DNA of 64,000 bases from Octopus sinensis. Lineage: Eukaryota. The notes under the pieces are model-generated. The model was not told the origin of the DNA. It saw only the letters and a program-made list of their open reading frames with translations, and searched no databases. This document shows positions 12,692 to 24,777 of the stretch, in pieces. Every line of letters begins with the position of its first letter. Within the stretch, counting starts at the first letter, position 1. The stretch lies in the NCBI RefSeq assembly GCF_006345805.1, contig NW_021835459.1, positions 1 to 64,000 on the forward strand. Reading direction: 5' to 3'. The translations under genes and the position numbers were made by a program.

Positions 12692-12909
12692 CGAGGGGGG
12701 TGCTGAAAAGTTCCTGGTTTTAAGGCTATCATGAAGGGCCTGGTTGGTCACCCAACCTTCTGAGTTCTTTTACAGAGCTTAGAAAACTGAAGGGCCGCTG
12801 CAATAAGTTTGTGAATCTGAGAGGGGAATAAGTTGAATAAAATCATAATTAACCTTATCTTTCTGTATTTTCTTTTACCTAAAGCCAGGAACTTTTCAGT
12901 AACCCCTTG
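12692..12909 (+). mobile_element. Mariner-derived MITE
   Basis: TIRs cgagggggg.tgctgaaaagttcctggtttt / aaagccaggaacttttcagtaaccccttg. The internal remnant translates LRKLKGRCNKFVNLRGE*VE*, a mariner C-terminus. Confidence 0.8.
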
Positions 12910-12942
12910 AATGTGTGTGTGTATACATACATTCATACATTC

Positions 12943-12978
<36 letters not shown>

Positions 12979-12980
12979 GT

Positions 12981-13508
12981 ATCATCATCATCATCATCAT
13001 CTAGGCTATAGGTTTTCCGTGCTAGCACGGGTTGGACGGTTTGACCAGGGTCTGGGAAGCCAGGAGGCTGCACCAAGTGCCAGTCTGATCTGGCAGTGTT
13101 TCTACAGCTGGACACCCTTCCTTATGCCAACCACTTCATGAGTGTAGTGGGTGCTTTTTACGTGCCACCGGCACAGAAGCCAGTCAAGGCAGCACTGGCA
13201 TCAGCCACATTTGGTTGGTGCTTTTTACATGCCACCGGCACAGGTATCACAACTACAATTTCCATTTGATATTTATTTTGATGTTGATGTACTTGACTCA
13301 ATAGGTCTCCTCAAGCACAGCAGGTCACCCTATGATCCAAGGTAAGCACATCAGGTTGTTCTGCAATCCAAGGTACTTTGGATGGGCTAGGGCTATGTGA
13401 AACTGGTGCAGGAAACAGCCATGAACTCACATTATTTGTCAGGTCTTCGCAGTCACAGCATATCTCCAGACATCTTGGTCTTTCATCATTGCCTCTGTGA
13501 GGCCCAAC
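12981..13508 (-). mobile_element. RTE LINE 3' UTR plus ORF2 end (family C)
   Basis: Family C 3' end continues into LGLTEAMMKDQDVWRYAVTAKT on the minus strand. Colinear with 40607-41390. Confidence 0.85.
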
Positions 13509-13856
13509 TTGTGTCTGTATTTGTCCCTCCAACAATGCTTGACAACTGATGCAGGTGTGTCTGTTGGTATGTATGTATATATATATGTGTGTGTATGTGT
13601 ATATGTATGTATGTATTTAGGTCCCGAAATACTGGACAGATAAAAATACAACAGCAACAACAATAAAAAAAAACAAAAAGATTACCAGATAATTTTTAAT
13701 TTTCATTGCCTCATTTTACAGTTCTTTTTGAATTGTTTAGCCTTCTGTCTTTCAATGTTATAAACATATATATATATATAAATATATATTAATAGTAATG
13801 GTAAGACAACAAAAGAATTAAAGAGACCTCAGTATTTTGTAAATAGAGGAATTTAA

Positions 13857-14020
13857 TTGTAATATAATATGTGACAATTATTCGGTTGCCATAATAAAAT
13901 TCTGAGTTAGCATATTTTAATTGCCTCGATAACTGAAGAGATGCTGGTGCAGGTTTCTGCCCCGACATCCGGAACTTGGAGTTTTATAAAGGCAACTGAA
14001 TAATTGTCACATACTATATT

Positions 14021-14024
<4 letters not shown>
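13857..14024. repeat. ~46-bp inverted repeat enclosing a hammerhead-like motif (13929-13987, +)
   Basis: ttgtaatataatatgtgacaattattcggttgcc / ggcaactgaataattgtcacatactatattacaa. Centre reads ataa-CTGAAGA-gatg...catc-c-GGAA-ct tgg ag-TT-ttat. Confidence 0.75.
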
Positions 14025-14065
<41 letters not shown>

Positions 14066-14067
<2 letters not shown>

Positions 14068-14245
14068 CATAGGAGTGGCTGTGTAGTAAGTAGCTTCCTT
14101 ATGAACCGCATGGTTCCAGGATCAGTCCCACTGCATGGCACCTTGGGCAGGTGTCTTCTACTATAGCCTTGGGCTAACCAAAGCCTTGGGCTAACCAAAG
14201 CCTTGTGAGTGAATTTGGTGGACAGGAACTGAAAGCAGCCCATCG

Positions 14246-14279
<34 letters not shown>

Positions 14280-14596
14280 TGTATGTATGGGGTCGATTTA
14301 CTCGACTAAAGGCTGTGCTCCAGCATGGCCACAGTCAAATGACTGAAACAAGTAATAGAGTAAAAGAGTATATATATATATATATTATATATATATATAT
14401 AATATATATATATATAGGCATAGGAGTGGCTGTGTAGTAAGTAGCTTCCTTATGAACCGCATGGTTCCAGGATCAGTCCCACTGCATGGCACCTTGGGCA
14501 GGTGTCTTCTACTATAGCCTTGGGCTAACCAAAGCCTTGGGCTAACCAAAGCCTTGTGAGTGAATTTGGTGGACAGGAACTGAAAGCAGCCCATCG

Positions 14597-14630
<34 letters not shown>

Positions 14631-14719
14631 TGTATGTATGGGGTCGATTTACTCGACTAAAGGCTGTGCTCCAGCATGGCCACAGTCAAATGACTGAAAC
14701 AAGTAATAGAGTAAAAGAG

Positions 14720-14720
<1 letters not shown>
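14066..14720 (+). mobile_element. Two identical tandem copies of an internally deleted family A SINE
   Basis: 14066-14369 and 14417-14720 (304 nt each) match by eye, including an 18-nt internal duplication and the same deletion. Confidence 0.9.
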
Positions 14721-14751
<31 letters not shown>

Positions 14752-15512
14752 CACACACACATAACATATATATTCATACACACAGTCACACACACATTGT
14801 TGTATATATGTATATATATATATATATATGCCAATGACAAGAAATAGTCATTTATACTCTATCAACATGACAAAGACCAAGATGGCGGCATGCTGTGCTG
14901 AATTGACATCTGCATTTTGTCCAAACACCCAAAGGACATATCACTTAGACAAATACAAAAGTACATCCTCATAAATGAAACATTACGCATACTAAATAAG
15001 AAATGTGCGTAGGCGGTAGAGATACCTCAATGTGGTGGGTGCCACCTATGCATCATACTTACATAGGTACACTTGTAAGTAGGCAGTCAAGTAGGTAAAT
15101 TGGTATGTGGGTAGATAAGTAGATAGGTGTTTAGATTGTTAGGTTAGATACATAGATTGTTAGGTAATTAGTTAGCTAATTATGTAGGTTGGTAGATCAG
15201 TGGGGAAACAGGCAAGTAAATAGGTAGGTAGCTTGGTAGGTAAGAATGTAGGTAGGTAGATATATAGGTAGGTAGGTAAGTAAGTAGTCAAATAGGTAGT
15301 ACAGACGGTCACGCACATACACACACACACACACAAGGAGACAGGAACATATGACCATACACACACACACACACATGTGCACACACACACGTGCACACCA
15401 TGCACATGCTCAAGCATAAAGCACATGGGCTCACACACATACATGCACAGACACACACACTCTATGCATACACACATACATGCAGTGTGTGTGTTAATAA
15501 TACAGGCATAAT

Positions 15513-15549
<37 letters not shown>

Positions 15550-16126
15550 ATATATGCACAGAAAGTACACATAAAAATTAAAATAATCACCAGATAAAAT
15601 ATTTTTGCAAACAAAATTATTTTCCTCGAGATATTATTAATATGAAATGTGTTTCATATATTTACAATCTGATGGGGGGTTTTATTTCTAATGTTTAGAT
15701 GCTCAAAGCTTATAGTGTGAAGATAAATACTTGGAGAAGTTCTTTGTTGATTTCATTTGACTTTTTAAATTTTTGTTTTGCTCCAGGTTAAGTATCCAAG
15801 CCAAAGCTTTTCTTTAATCACCATGTAAAATGGAAATAGCATACAATATTTGGCATTATAGTAGATTTAACAGAGCCATGTGTTATTTGGTTACAAACCT
15901 TAGGGGCAAACTTATTAGTGCTGTATTTTACTTCTTGTAAATTCACAAGGCTATGAATGAATCTTGAAGTAATTACGATTGTTGTATTGTTTTTTCTTTT
16001 TCTCTTTCTATTTTTTTTTTTATTTAATATTCAGATTTTAACTTGTCTTGGCATGATTATGTTTTGCTAGCAGCCAACTAGTACAGGAGTGGAAAAACAG
16101 ATATGGTTCTTTGCAAAAAAGAAAGA

Positions 16127-16150
16127 TGATGATGATGATGATGACAACAC

Positions 16151-16247
<97 letters not shown>

Positions 16248-16265
16248 ATGATGAAGAAGAAGAAG
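16127..16265. repeat. Compound trinucleotide microsatellite (GAT)n(AAT)n(AAG)n
   Basis: Directly visible. Confidence 0.95.
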
Positions 16266-17106
16266 CACAAACTGATGAGTCAACAAAAAGAAAAACTGAA
16301 AGAAAAGACTAAAAGAAGCGTCTGATTGTTAAGAATTTTTCTGCTTTGTTAGGCAAATATGTTTTTCTTAAGGCAGAAAAAAAGAAGCTCAATCAGCCCT
16401 CTTCTGAACTAAACAGAGCAAAAGACCAAAACAGACTTGATATCTCACCAATCTCCTATGTACTTCAACACCACATAAATATCCTGCAGTTTTTTTTTTT
16501 TTCTTTCTATTTTCTACTTAATTGTATTTACTGAGCGAAAGTTTGTTATTAATTATTCAGAAACTTTAGAATTTTGGTGTAGGATATCATCCCCACAGTT
16601 TGTTTTTATTTTAAACGCACTAATGTTATGTTAAGCTGACTGATATGCATATGGTATCTTTCAAAACGAGGAATCATATCAGAATTTCAACTAATATAGC
16701 CAATCCTATTTTGTTATTTGAAGACTCTGTGAGGCTCTTGTACTGTCTCTGTAAATAGAGCACCAAATATCTTGGTTCATGGGAAGTTAGTTTGTATCCT
16801 TGATGTACAACTCATTATGTTGTTGTTACTTTTATCATTATTGTTGTTGTTGTTGTTGTTGTTGCTACTTCTGCTACTGTGACTGCTGTTGTTGCTGTTA
16901 CCAGCATTGTTGCTATTTTTATTCTTGTTGTTGTTTTTATTGTTGCCACTATTGCTGTTGTGGCTGTTTTTGCTGCCAGTCCTGTTGCTCTTATTGTTGT
17001 TCTTGCTACTACTGCTGCTGTTGTTGTTGTTATTGTAAGTCATTGTTGTTGTTGTTATTGTTGTTGTTGTTATTGTTCAATAACCCAAGTCAATTATGTC
17101 CCATAT

Positions 17107-17290
17107 AAGGGCAGCAAGCTTGCAGAATCATTAGCATGCTGGGCAAAATGCTTAGCAGCATTTCATCCATCTTCACATTCTGAGTTCAAATTCCAGTGAG
17201 CTCAGCTTTGCCTTTCGTCCTTTCAGGGTTGCTAAAATCGACTTGCACCCTCTCCCAAAATTCCTGGCCTTGTGCCAAAATTTAAAACCA
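17107..17290 (+). mobile_element. tRNA-derived SINE family B, short-tail form
   Basis: aagggcagcaagcttgcagaatcattagca...ttctgagttcaaattcc..gag...ctttgcctttc.tcctttcagggt. The central block resembles the Nin/Deu SINE domain from memory. Confidence 0.75.
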
Positions 17291-17316
17291 GTCAGGTCTC
17301 AGCTAGCATTTAGCAT

Positions 17317-17590
17317 GTGAAGGTGCATGGTCCAGTGGTTAGAGTGTTGCATCCACAATCATAAAATCGTGGTTTCAATTCCTGGACTGGGTGATGCATT
17401 GTGTTCTTGAGCAAAACACTTCATTTCACAATTGCTTCGATTCACTCGGCTGTAAAAGAGTCCCAGCAGGGATGTTAAATCTGTGATCGACCAGCATCCT
17501 GTTAAAGTGATGGGCTGTAATCTCGGTTACTTTTATGTCATGGAAACCAACTTAAGCTCTGGCCATATGAGATCTAGGATTCATGACAAA
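17317..17590 (+). mobile_element. tRNA-derived SINE family D
   Basis: gtgaaggtgcatggtccagtggttag...gtttcaattcc...gtgttcttgagcaaaacacttcatttcac. Confidence 0.7.
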
Positions 17591-17613
17591 CCTAAGTAAG
17601 CATTTAGTAAGAA

Positions 17614-17847
17614 AAGGCAGCGAGCTGGCAGAAACGTTAGCACACTGGATGGAATGCTTTGCGGTATTTCGTCTGCTGCTACGTTCTGAGTTCAAATTCC
17701 ACCGAGGTTGACTTTGCCTTTCATCCTCTCAGGGTCGATTAAATAAGTACCAGTTATGCACTGGGGTCGATATAATCGACTTAATCCATTTGTCTGTCCA
17801 GGTTTGTCTCCTCTGTGTGTAGCCCCTTGTGGGCAGTAAAGAAATAA
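17614..17847 (+). mobile_element. tRNA-derived SINE family B, long-tail form
   Basis: aaggcagcgagctggcagaaacgttagc...gagttcaaattcc...gggtcgattaaataagtaccag...ccccttgtgggcagtaaagaaata. Confidence 0.85.
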
Positions 17848-18653
17848 ACTATCTCATCAAAACTTTGGAGAAACTATCCATAAGTTCAATACCATAAATA
17901 TACAATGCTTCAGCTTGGTCTGGATCCATGCTGTATGATACCATCTAGTATTCAGCTGTGTGTGTGTGTGGTTGTGATGTGAGAGGTACTCAGAACTGGT
18001 CATGTCTATGATGCCACAAGGTAGCAAGTGTTCTGTGCTATTTCTAAACCAGTACAATACAATTGTTAAATAGCATCTCAGCACAAATTAATTCTTACAA
18101 AGCCTGCCAGCTATTTGCGACATCAGTGAGTGAAGAGACACTATTTTTCTATATATCAGTGGCTAGTACACGGTGAATAGATGCCTGCTGCTGGTGAAGC
18201 ACAAACATGCTGAAATCATGCAATCTAGCAGTTCCACCACTGGTGCTGGCAGATTTCTTATCTGCTACTGATATGTCTGTGCTTCTTTGTACTAAACATC
18301 TTCATGAGAAAATTTCTCAAGGTGAATACTGCAGTATTACAGTGTTCTGGTGATACATCTGTGATAAGTAGGATTTAAAGATCAACATTTATAGTCACAG
18401 ACGTGGCTGTATGGTTAGAAGTTTGCTTCCCAGCCACATGGTTCTGGGTTCAGTCCCACTGCATGACACCTTGGGCAGGTGTCTTCTACTATAGCCTCAA
18501 GCCAACCAAAGCCTTTCAACTAGATTTGTTAGATGGGAACTGAATGAAGTGCATTATATATATCACGTGACCACACGCCCGGTCTGGGAATCGAAACCGC
18601 GATCCTACGACCGCGAGTCCGCTGCCCTAACCACTGGGCCATTACGCCTCCAC

Positions 18654-18689
<36 letters not shown>

Positions 18690-18849
18690 AATGTAAAAAA
18701 ATACAAACTGGGACAAGAACGTGAAACATTTAAAAGACGATACAAAAAACACGGACGGGACATTCGAAGCCTTCAATCTTCAGTCAAGAACCGGATCATC
18801 TTCGCAATTTCGGCTATATATATATACATACATACATACATACATATAT

Positions 18850-18884
<35 letters not shown>

Positions 18885-19564
18885 TTACGCACACATATAT
18901 ACATACATTCACTCGCATGCACGTACACACACACGCACACACACACACACATTTACATATATATATACTATACACTCACACACACATACACACGTACAAA
19001 CACACACAAACTCACTTACACACCGACAGATATAGCACAATATACACCTATCCGCGCACGCACACATACACACAAACACATACAAACGCACACATACAAA
19101 CGCACACATACACGCACACACATACACGTACATACATACACTCTCACACAAATGAACCCACATATACATCCTTACACACACACACGCACATACAAGCAGA
19201 CAGGTACTAGGTTAAACAGTTTCTCGCCACTCACCCACACTCTACGCATACACACACGAACACACACACACACACACTACAAACAACACACACGCATGAT
19301 ACATATAGCCTTTGTTTTTTTGACCCGGCTTTGACCTGGCTTGACACAAACAGCCAGTAGTCATCACAACAGCTGGCTTTGTCATTGTCTTTATTCACCA
19401 AAAATACACACACACACACACACACACACGCACGCACAAACACACTTGTCATCTTGCACACACACACACACACACAGGCATTCCTTTTTTTGGAACTCTC
19501 CTGCATTATAAAACCATATTTCGACTACCTTCAAATTCTCTTCTTTCAACATGTGATCTCTTAA

Positions 19565-19762
19565 GCACCACCAGCTCAAATATTTTCTCCTCTGTCTTCC
19601 CTCCTTGGGATCTTTCCTTCTCCTTGTTTCCGACGAAGAGCTCCGCTCGAAACATTAAACCCTCCTTCCCTTCTTTCCTGAGCGTCAATAATACTTTAAT
19701 TGTTCCACGTCCTGTGTTGGTGTGTTTTTTCTTCTTTTTTTTCTGTGTTTTCTTGTTTGGAT

Positions 19763-19767
<5 letters not shown>
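19565..19767 (+). mobile_element. Short non-coding PLE-type element with minimal hammerhead-like motif (19626-19660)
   Basis: gttt-CCGACGA-a-GAGC tcc GCTC-GAAA-ca-TT-aaac. Shares a downstream ttcctgagc..taatac block with 43930 and 48960 and ends at (TA)n. Confidence 0.6.
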
Positions 19768-19797
<30 letters not shown>

Positions 19798-20026
19798 ATA
19801 TATCTGTGTATGTGTGTCTTTGTGCCTGTGTTTGTCCCTTCCTCACTACTTGACAAATGGTGTTGGTGTGTTTACGTCCCTGTAACTTAGTATTTCACTA
19901 AAATAGAATGATGGAATAGGCACTAGGCTTAAAAATAAGTCCTGGAGTTGATTTGTTCGACTAAAACCCCTCAAGGCAGTGCTCCTGCTTGGTTGCAGTC
20001 AAATGACTGTAACAAATAAAAAAATG

Positions 20027-20066
<40 letters not shown>

Positions 20067-20245
20067 CTACTGACAATATATGTATATATATATATGTATA
20101 TATATATAACTACTGACAATATATGTATATATATATATACATATATTGTCAGTAGTTCAAATATTCAAAAAGAAGCACACTTTAAAACAATAGCGTAGTA
20201 ATATATTTTTTAGGAAGTTGAAAATCAGAAGTTATGGGCGGTCAA

Positions 20246-20308
20246 AAGGTGACCATTGGTTTCACACCTATAAAGTGCTAAGCAGTATAGGCAACTCATC
20301 AGACTCAA
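20246..20308 (-). ncRNA. Type I hammerhead-like motif with canonical core
   Basis: Minus: gagt-CTGATGA-gttgcctata...tataggtgt-GAAA-cca a tgg-TC-acct. Stem I is weak. Lies ~200 nt downstream of a PLE endonuclease remnant. Confidence 0.6.
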
Positions 20309-20499
20309 ATAGCTGAAGGTGCATAACCTCTCTAGAACTGGAGGAAGAAAAAAGTAATGGTCAGTTGGTTTTGTGAATAAAAGATAATTGTCTGTGTTGT
20401 GGGATGAGGTTAGTGGAACAGTGTTATACCCTTTACATGGACTCTGGCCATGGTGATATTTGAAGGAGCCGTGGTGGAACTATTCAACAAATGGGGAAT

Positions 20500-20780
20500 T
20501 CTAAGTCTGAAGTATGAAACATTTTAGATGCGGGCATTGACTGAATACTTCTTTCCTGGAGTTTAAAAGGTCACTGGGTCAAGCGAGGTCTTTTAGGATT
20601 CTTGCCCTCTCAGCCAAGCAAAGCTTACATCATTTGCTCCTGTTTATATAAACTCCTGGTTGTTCAAGGAGCTTCCATTTAATCATGTATAGGATTTCTT
20701 TTTCTTCTAAGCATGACACATGGCTGTCCAGGAATGTGATATTGCACCTTCCTGGTATCCTAAAAGAAGACGTGTGGTTG
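20500..20780 (-). pseudogene. Penelope-like GIY-YIG endonuclease C-terminal remnant
   Basis: Minus translation gives NHTSSFR...IKWKLLEQ..Y...SK*CKLCLAERARIL...LLNSRKEVFSQCPH, the C.LCL.EK...LN.R.E....C.H signature of PLE endonucleases. Confidence 0.75.
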
Positions 20781-21473
20781 TTCATGAAACCAAGCCAAAT
20801 CAGGGTGGAATCTGATGTAGCTCTCCAGCGTTCCAGCTCTGGTCAAACTGTCCAACCCATGTCAGTGTGGATGGAAAGCAAGCATTAAAGGATGATGATT
20901 ATGAGGATTTATATATGTGTATGTGTGTGTGCATGCGCATGCATGTGTGTGTGTATAAGCCTGTGTGCATGTGTGTGTGTGTCTTTGTCTTGACAGTTTA
21001 CAATGAGTCTAAACAAGCATCATCATCATCATAAAAGTAATGTATTTCTTTTCCAGTCTTGCATGAAAATCATGTCTGCTCAAAGGAAAATATTACCTTG
21101 CTTGGAAACAGGTGAAAGCTAACAACATGAAGGGTTTGTGACCTGGGAAAATCTTCGTCAATAAATTCTGTCTGACCCAAGTAAGCATGGAAAGTGGGTG
21201 TTAAAAAGATGATGGCAATGAAGATGATGATGATGATGATGATCAAAACATGGTCAGCCATAATTTTCTTCTAAATGTTGAACTTTTAAAAATCTCAATG
21301 ATCAGTGCACCAAATAATTTTAACTTTTCATGTGAAATGGATTAATGATTTCTTTTGATTGATCTCCAGTGTGCAACAACGTCAACAGCAATTGACAATT
21401 ACTGTGGAAAGGTATGATTAGAGGTGAGATAGATTTGGTTGTTATTTCTAGCATGTTGAGCTATCACGTAGAA

Positions 21474-21793
21474 TAGTGGTTCTAAACCACGGTCCATTTG
21501 GCCCTGCGGGTCCATATAAGATTTTTGGTGGTCCACACAAAATAATAGTATTTTAAGGGCCCCTGAAAAAATTTGCTTTAGATGTATGTACTGATGTGTA
21601 TTACAAGAAACAGCTAGGTTCCATTCTCTAACAGTTTAGATAATTCAAACTACAAATTAAAGCATGAAAACATTAATAAAAAACATTCTATAAAACAAAT
21701 CTTTAAACATTAAATGGCTGTGGGGGGGGGGGTTCCTGAATAAAATAGTAATCAAAGGGGTCCATAGATAAAAAAAATGGTTGAGAACCCCTG
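21474..21793. mobile_element. hAT MITE with 8-bp TSD
   Basis: TIRs tagtggttctaaacca / tggttgagaacccctg. TSD acgtagaa / acatagaa (one CpG-type mismatch). Confidence 0.85.
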
Positions 21794-22275
21794 ACATAGA
21801 AGGTCTCTCATTAGTTTCTACCTTACTTGTACACTACCTTTGACTGTGATGGTTAACCTTTTTCCGTGTATGGTCATGCTTCATTACCATCCTTGACCAC
21901 CCCTGCTTGATGGCTATATTTGACCACCATCCTCAAATACATAACAGAATTATCAGTAATCAAGAAACTATTTTATGATTTTCATATTTATAAAAATCAG
22001 TGCCAGTATTTCATTTTTTTGTATTTACACCTAAACATAGACTTAACAACCTTCTTCCTTTCTTATTTTTAGAGCCAACTCTCTCTCATGCCTCTTCTGT
22101 CTCTTCTGTGTTTCTGTTTTCATATCTCTTTTCATTTTTCCTCTCTATCTCTCTTACTTGCATTCTCTATCTCTCTATCTCTCTCTCTCTTACAGTCACA
22201 CATTGTACAGAGTGTCAGTCATCAGGGGACATTGAAATCTCATATTTGCATAACTTGGAGGTTAATAGTCTATAA

Positions 22276-22575
22276 CAATGGTCCGCCCAAAATAGGCAGT
22301 AATGACCCCACCCTGTGGGGGAGGGGTAGTGGAAGGATCCGGGGGTGGGTGGGATGGAGGCATTGAAGAAAAGTGGAGCAATATAGTGGGTTGGCCAAAA
22401 GGGGGTGATGGAGATAAAAATCCCAAATTAGCGGATTAATTAAGTGAAGTTTTATTTGTGCTTTGAATTTGCTTCAGAAAGTGGTCTATGTTTGTGGCAG
22501 TGAGGTGAGAGGAGGCGTTAGGAATATGACCTGGGTGCCAAGTGGGTGGCAGCCCCCAAAAGTTTGAGGATACTT
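22276..22575. mobile_element. Degraded hAT MITE
   Basis: caatggtccgcccaaa...aaaagtttgaggatactt, flanked by gtctataa / atctacaa (degenerate 8-bp TSD). Confidence 0.55.
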
Positions 22576-22797
22576 ATCTACAAGGTGTCGATCTCCAGCA
22601 GATACAACTCACTTTTATAGTGAAGTTTTTGGGCTTTTTTTATATTGCTCAGGAGGTAAAGGCAGTGCCTGTAACCATTTATAGGGTCCACAAGATTAGT
22701 GGGATCAATGGAGGAAGGTAACCTCAAATTGGATATTTAACCTGAATGCCTGTAAAGAATAGAACTTTCATTCCTTGACTAAATAATATATGTATAT

Positions 22798-23190
22798 GAG
22801 TGGCTGTGTGGTAAGTAGCTTGCTTACCAAACACATGGTTCCGGGTTCAGTCCCAGTGTGAGGCGCCTCAGGCAAGTGTGTTCTACTATAGCTCCAGGAC
22901 GACCAAAGCCTTGTGAGTGGATTTGGTAGACGGAAACTGAAAGAAGCCTGTCGTATATATGTATGTGTATATATATATGTGTGTGTGTTTGTGTGTCTGT
23001 GTTTGTCCTCTACAACATCACTTGACAACCGATGCTGGTGTGTTTACATCCCCGTAACTTAGCAGTTTGGCAAAAGAGACTGATAGAATAAGTACTAGGC
23101 TTACAAAGAATAAGTACTGGAGTTGATTTGCTCGACTAAAGGCTGTGCTCCAGCATGGCTGCAGTCAAATGACTGAAACACGTAAAAGAG
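22798..23190 (+). mobile_element. tRNA-derived SINE family A, near full length
   Basis: gagtggctgtgtggtaag (A box)...gggttcagtccc (B box), internal (TA/TG)n tract, 3' end ctccagcatggc.gcagtcaaatgactgaaac..gtaaaagagt. Confidence 0.9.
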
Positions 23191-23206
23191 TATATATATG
23201 TGTGTG

Positions 23207-23260
<54 letters not shown>

Positions 23261-24387
23261 CATACATACATACTTACACACATATATCCACACACATACA
23301 CACACACATTTATGCATTTTTTGTTTGTGTGTGTGTGTGTATGCATAGTTTGTGTTATCACTTCCTAATTTACAACAATAGGAATTCTCCCATTCTGCTA
23401 CCAGTTGTGAATGACATCTGCTAAGGAGTTACCAAACAAGTCTTGTTTGAATATATAAAACTGAACCACGTGATTTGCACCTCGTGCAGCTGATCCATTT
23501 CCTGTATTACAGCCATTATTGTTTGCTTTTTGCAGTATCTCGTGTCTTCTGTTGAAATCTGTGACAGTTCACAGAGGTAGGTACTAAATTTCTCGACTGT
23601 CTTCAATCACTTACCTACTTTAAAAACCAAGCAAAATGCTGCTAGAAAGCCATCACCTGTACTTGAAGCTGAGAAGTTCGTACTTGTCCTGGTCCACCAA
23701 AGACTGAACTGTGGTTTTGTTGCCACATGTAACTCTGCGACACAAGTTTATAAGACAGCTCGTGTTCCCTCATGTTTTAGAGCTTGTGCCCTAGCTCTGA
23801 CAAATGTTACCTTCATAGTCTGCATTGGTGAAATGATTGGGAATCATTCTCACTGCTGGTGTATTGCTTTTATTAGTTGCCTCTTCTGTTGCTAATTAGC
23901 TCTCCTCTTCAATCTACTTCGCTCTAACACAAGCTCATTACAAAGCACAATCAATTCTGATGGCATCAACATTTTGAGGGCACCCTACCATCAGTTGTTG
24001 ATGATAACTCTGTCAGCTGCTGCTTAACTAATTCACTACTCCAATCCCTGTAGTGTTTGTGCACCAGTCTAGACACAGTCAGCTTCCAGCAAATAGTTAT
24101 TGTCAGTGGGTCCTTAGTCAATCATGCATATCATAAATTTGTTGTCTGTGTTGCTGACCAGTTAGAATTGTAAACCTCCTGCATTGTCTCTAACCAGATA
24201 GTGCAGATTGTTCAGAGGATGTGTAGGGCGTTTTGGTCAAGCAAAAGCTCTGCCCTAGATATGCCCTGGATGACTTGACGAGGTTTTTCCATGACTGCAG
24301 TGGTTATCTTTGAAATCCTGCCACTACTTGTTAACAGGTAGTGGAAATATCTGAGCAAGTTTTTGAGTCTTTTGCATCCTCTTCTCC

Positions 24388-24466
24388 TGTGTCTTCTACT
24401 ATAGCCTCGAGCCAACCAAAGCCTTGTGAGTGGATTTGGTAGACGGAAACTGAAAGAAGCCTATCG

Positions 24467-24498
<32 letters not shown>

Positions 24499-24743
24499 AT
24501 ACATATATGTATGTGTTTGTATATGTTTGTGTATCTGTGTTTGTCCCACCAACATCGCTTGACAACCGATGCTGGTGTGTTTATGTCCCTGTCACTTAGT
24601 GGTTCGGCCAGAGAGGCCGATAGAATAAGTACTAGGCTTACAAAGAATAAGTCCTGGGGTTGATTTGCTCAACTAAAGGCGGTGCTCCAGCATGGCTGCA
24701 GTCAAATGACTGAAACGAACAAAAGAAAAGAGAAAAGAAAGAA

Positions 24744-24745
<2 letters not shown>
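24388..24745 (+). mobile_element. SINE family A, 5'-truncated
   Basis: Colinear with 22798-23190 from gtgtcttctactatagcc onward. Confidence 0.9.

Positions 24746-24774
<29 letters not shown>

Positions 24775-24777
<3 letters not shown>

Noticed and set aside
16800-17199. Cys-rich and hydrophobic ORFs
   Set aside because: Degenerate (GTT/GCT/ATT)n triplet repeat, not a metallothionein or membrane protein.
18549-19334. Longest ORF in the track (261 aa)
   Set aside because: Read-through of a SINE head, a repeat fragment and (TA)n/(CA)n microsatellites, giving a YI/HT low-complexity product.
23536-23576. 41-nt candidate exon (tttttgcag|...|gtaggt)
   Set aside because: No recognisable peptide or partner exon. 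The surrounding region may be a decayed Tc1-like element (SSGRISKITT on the minus strand near 24300), too weak to call.
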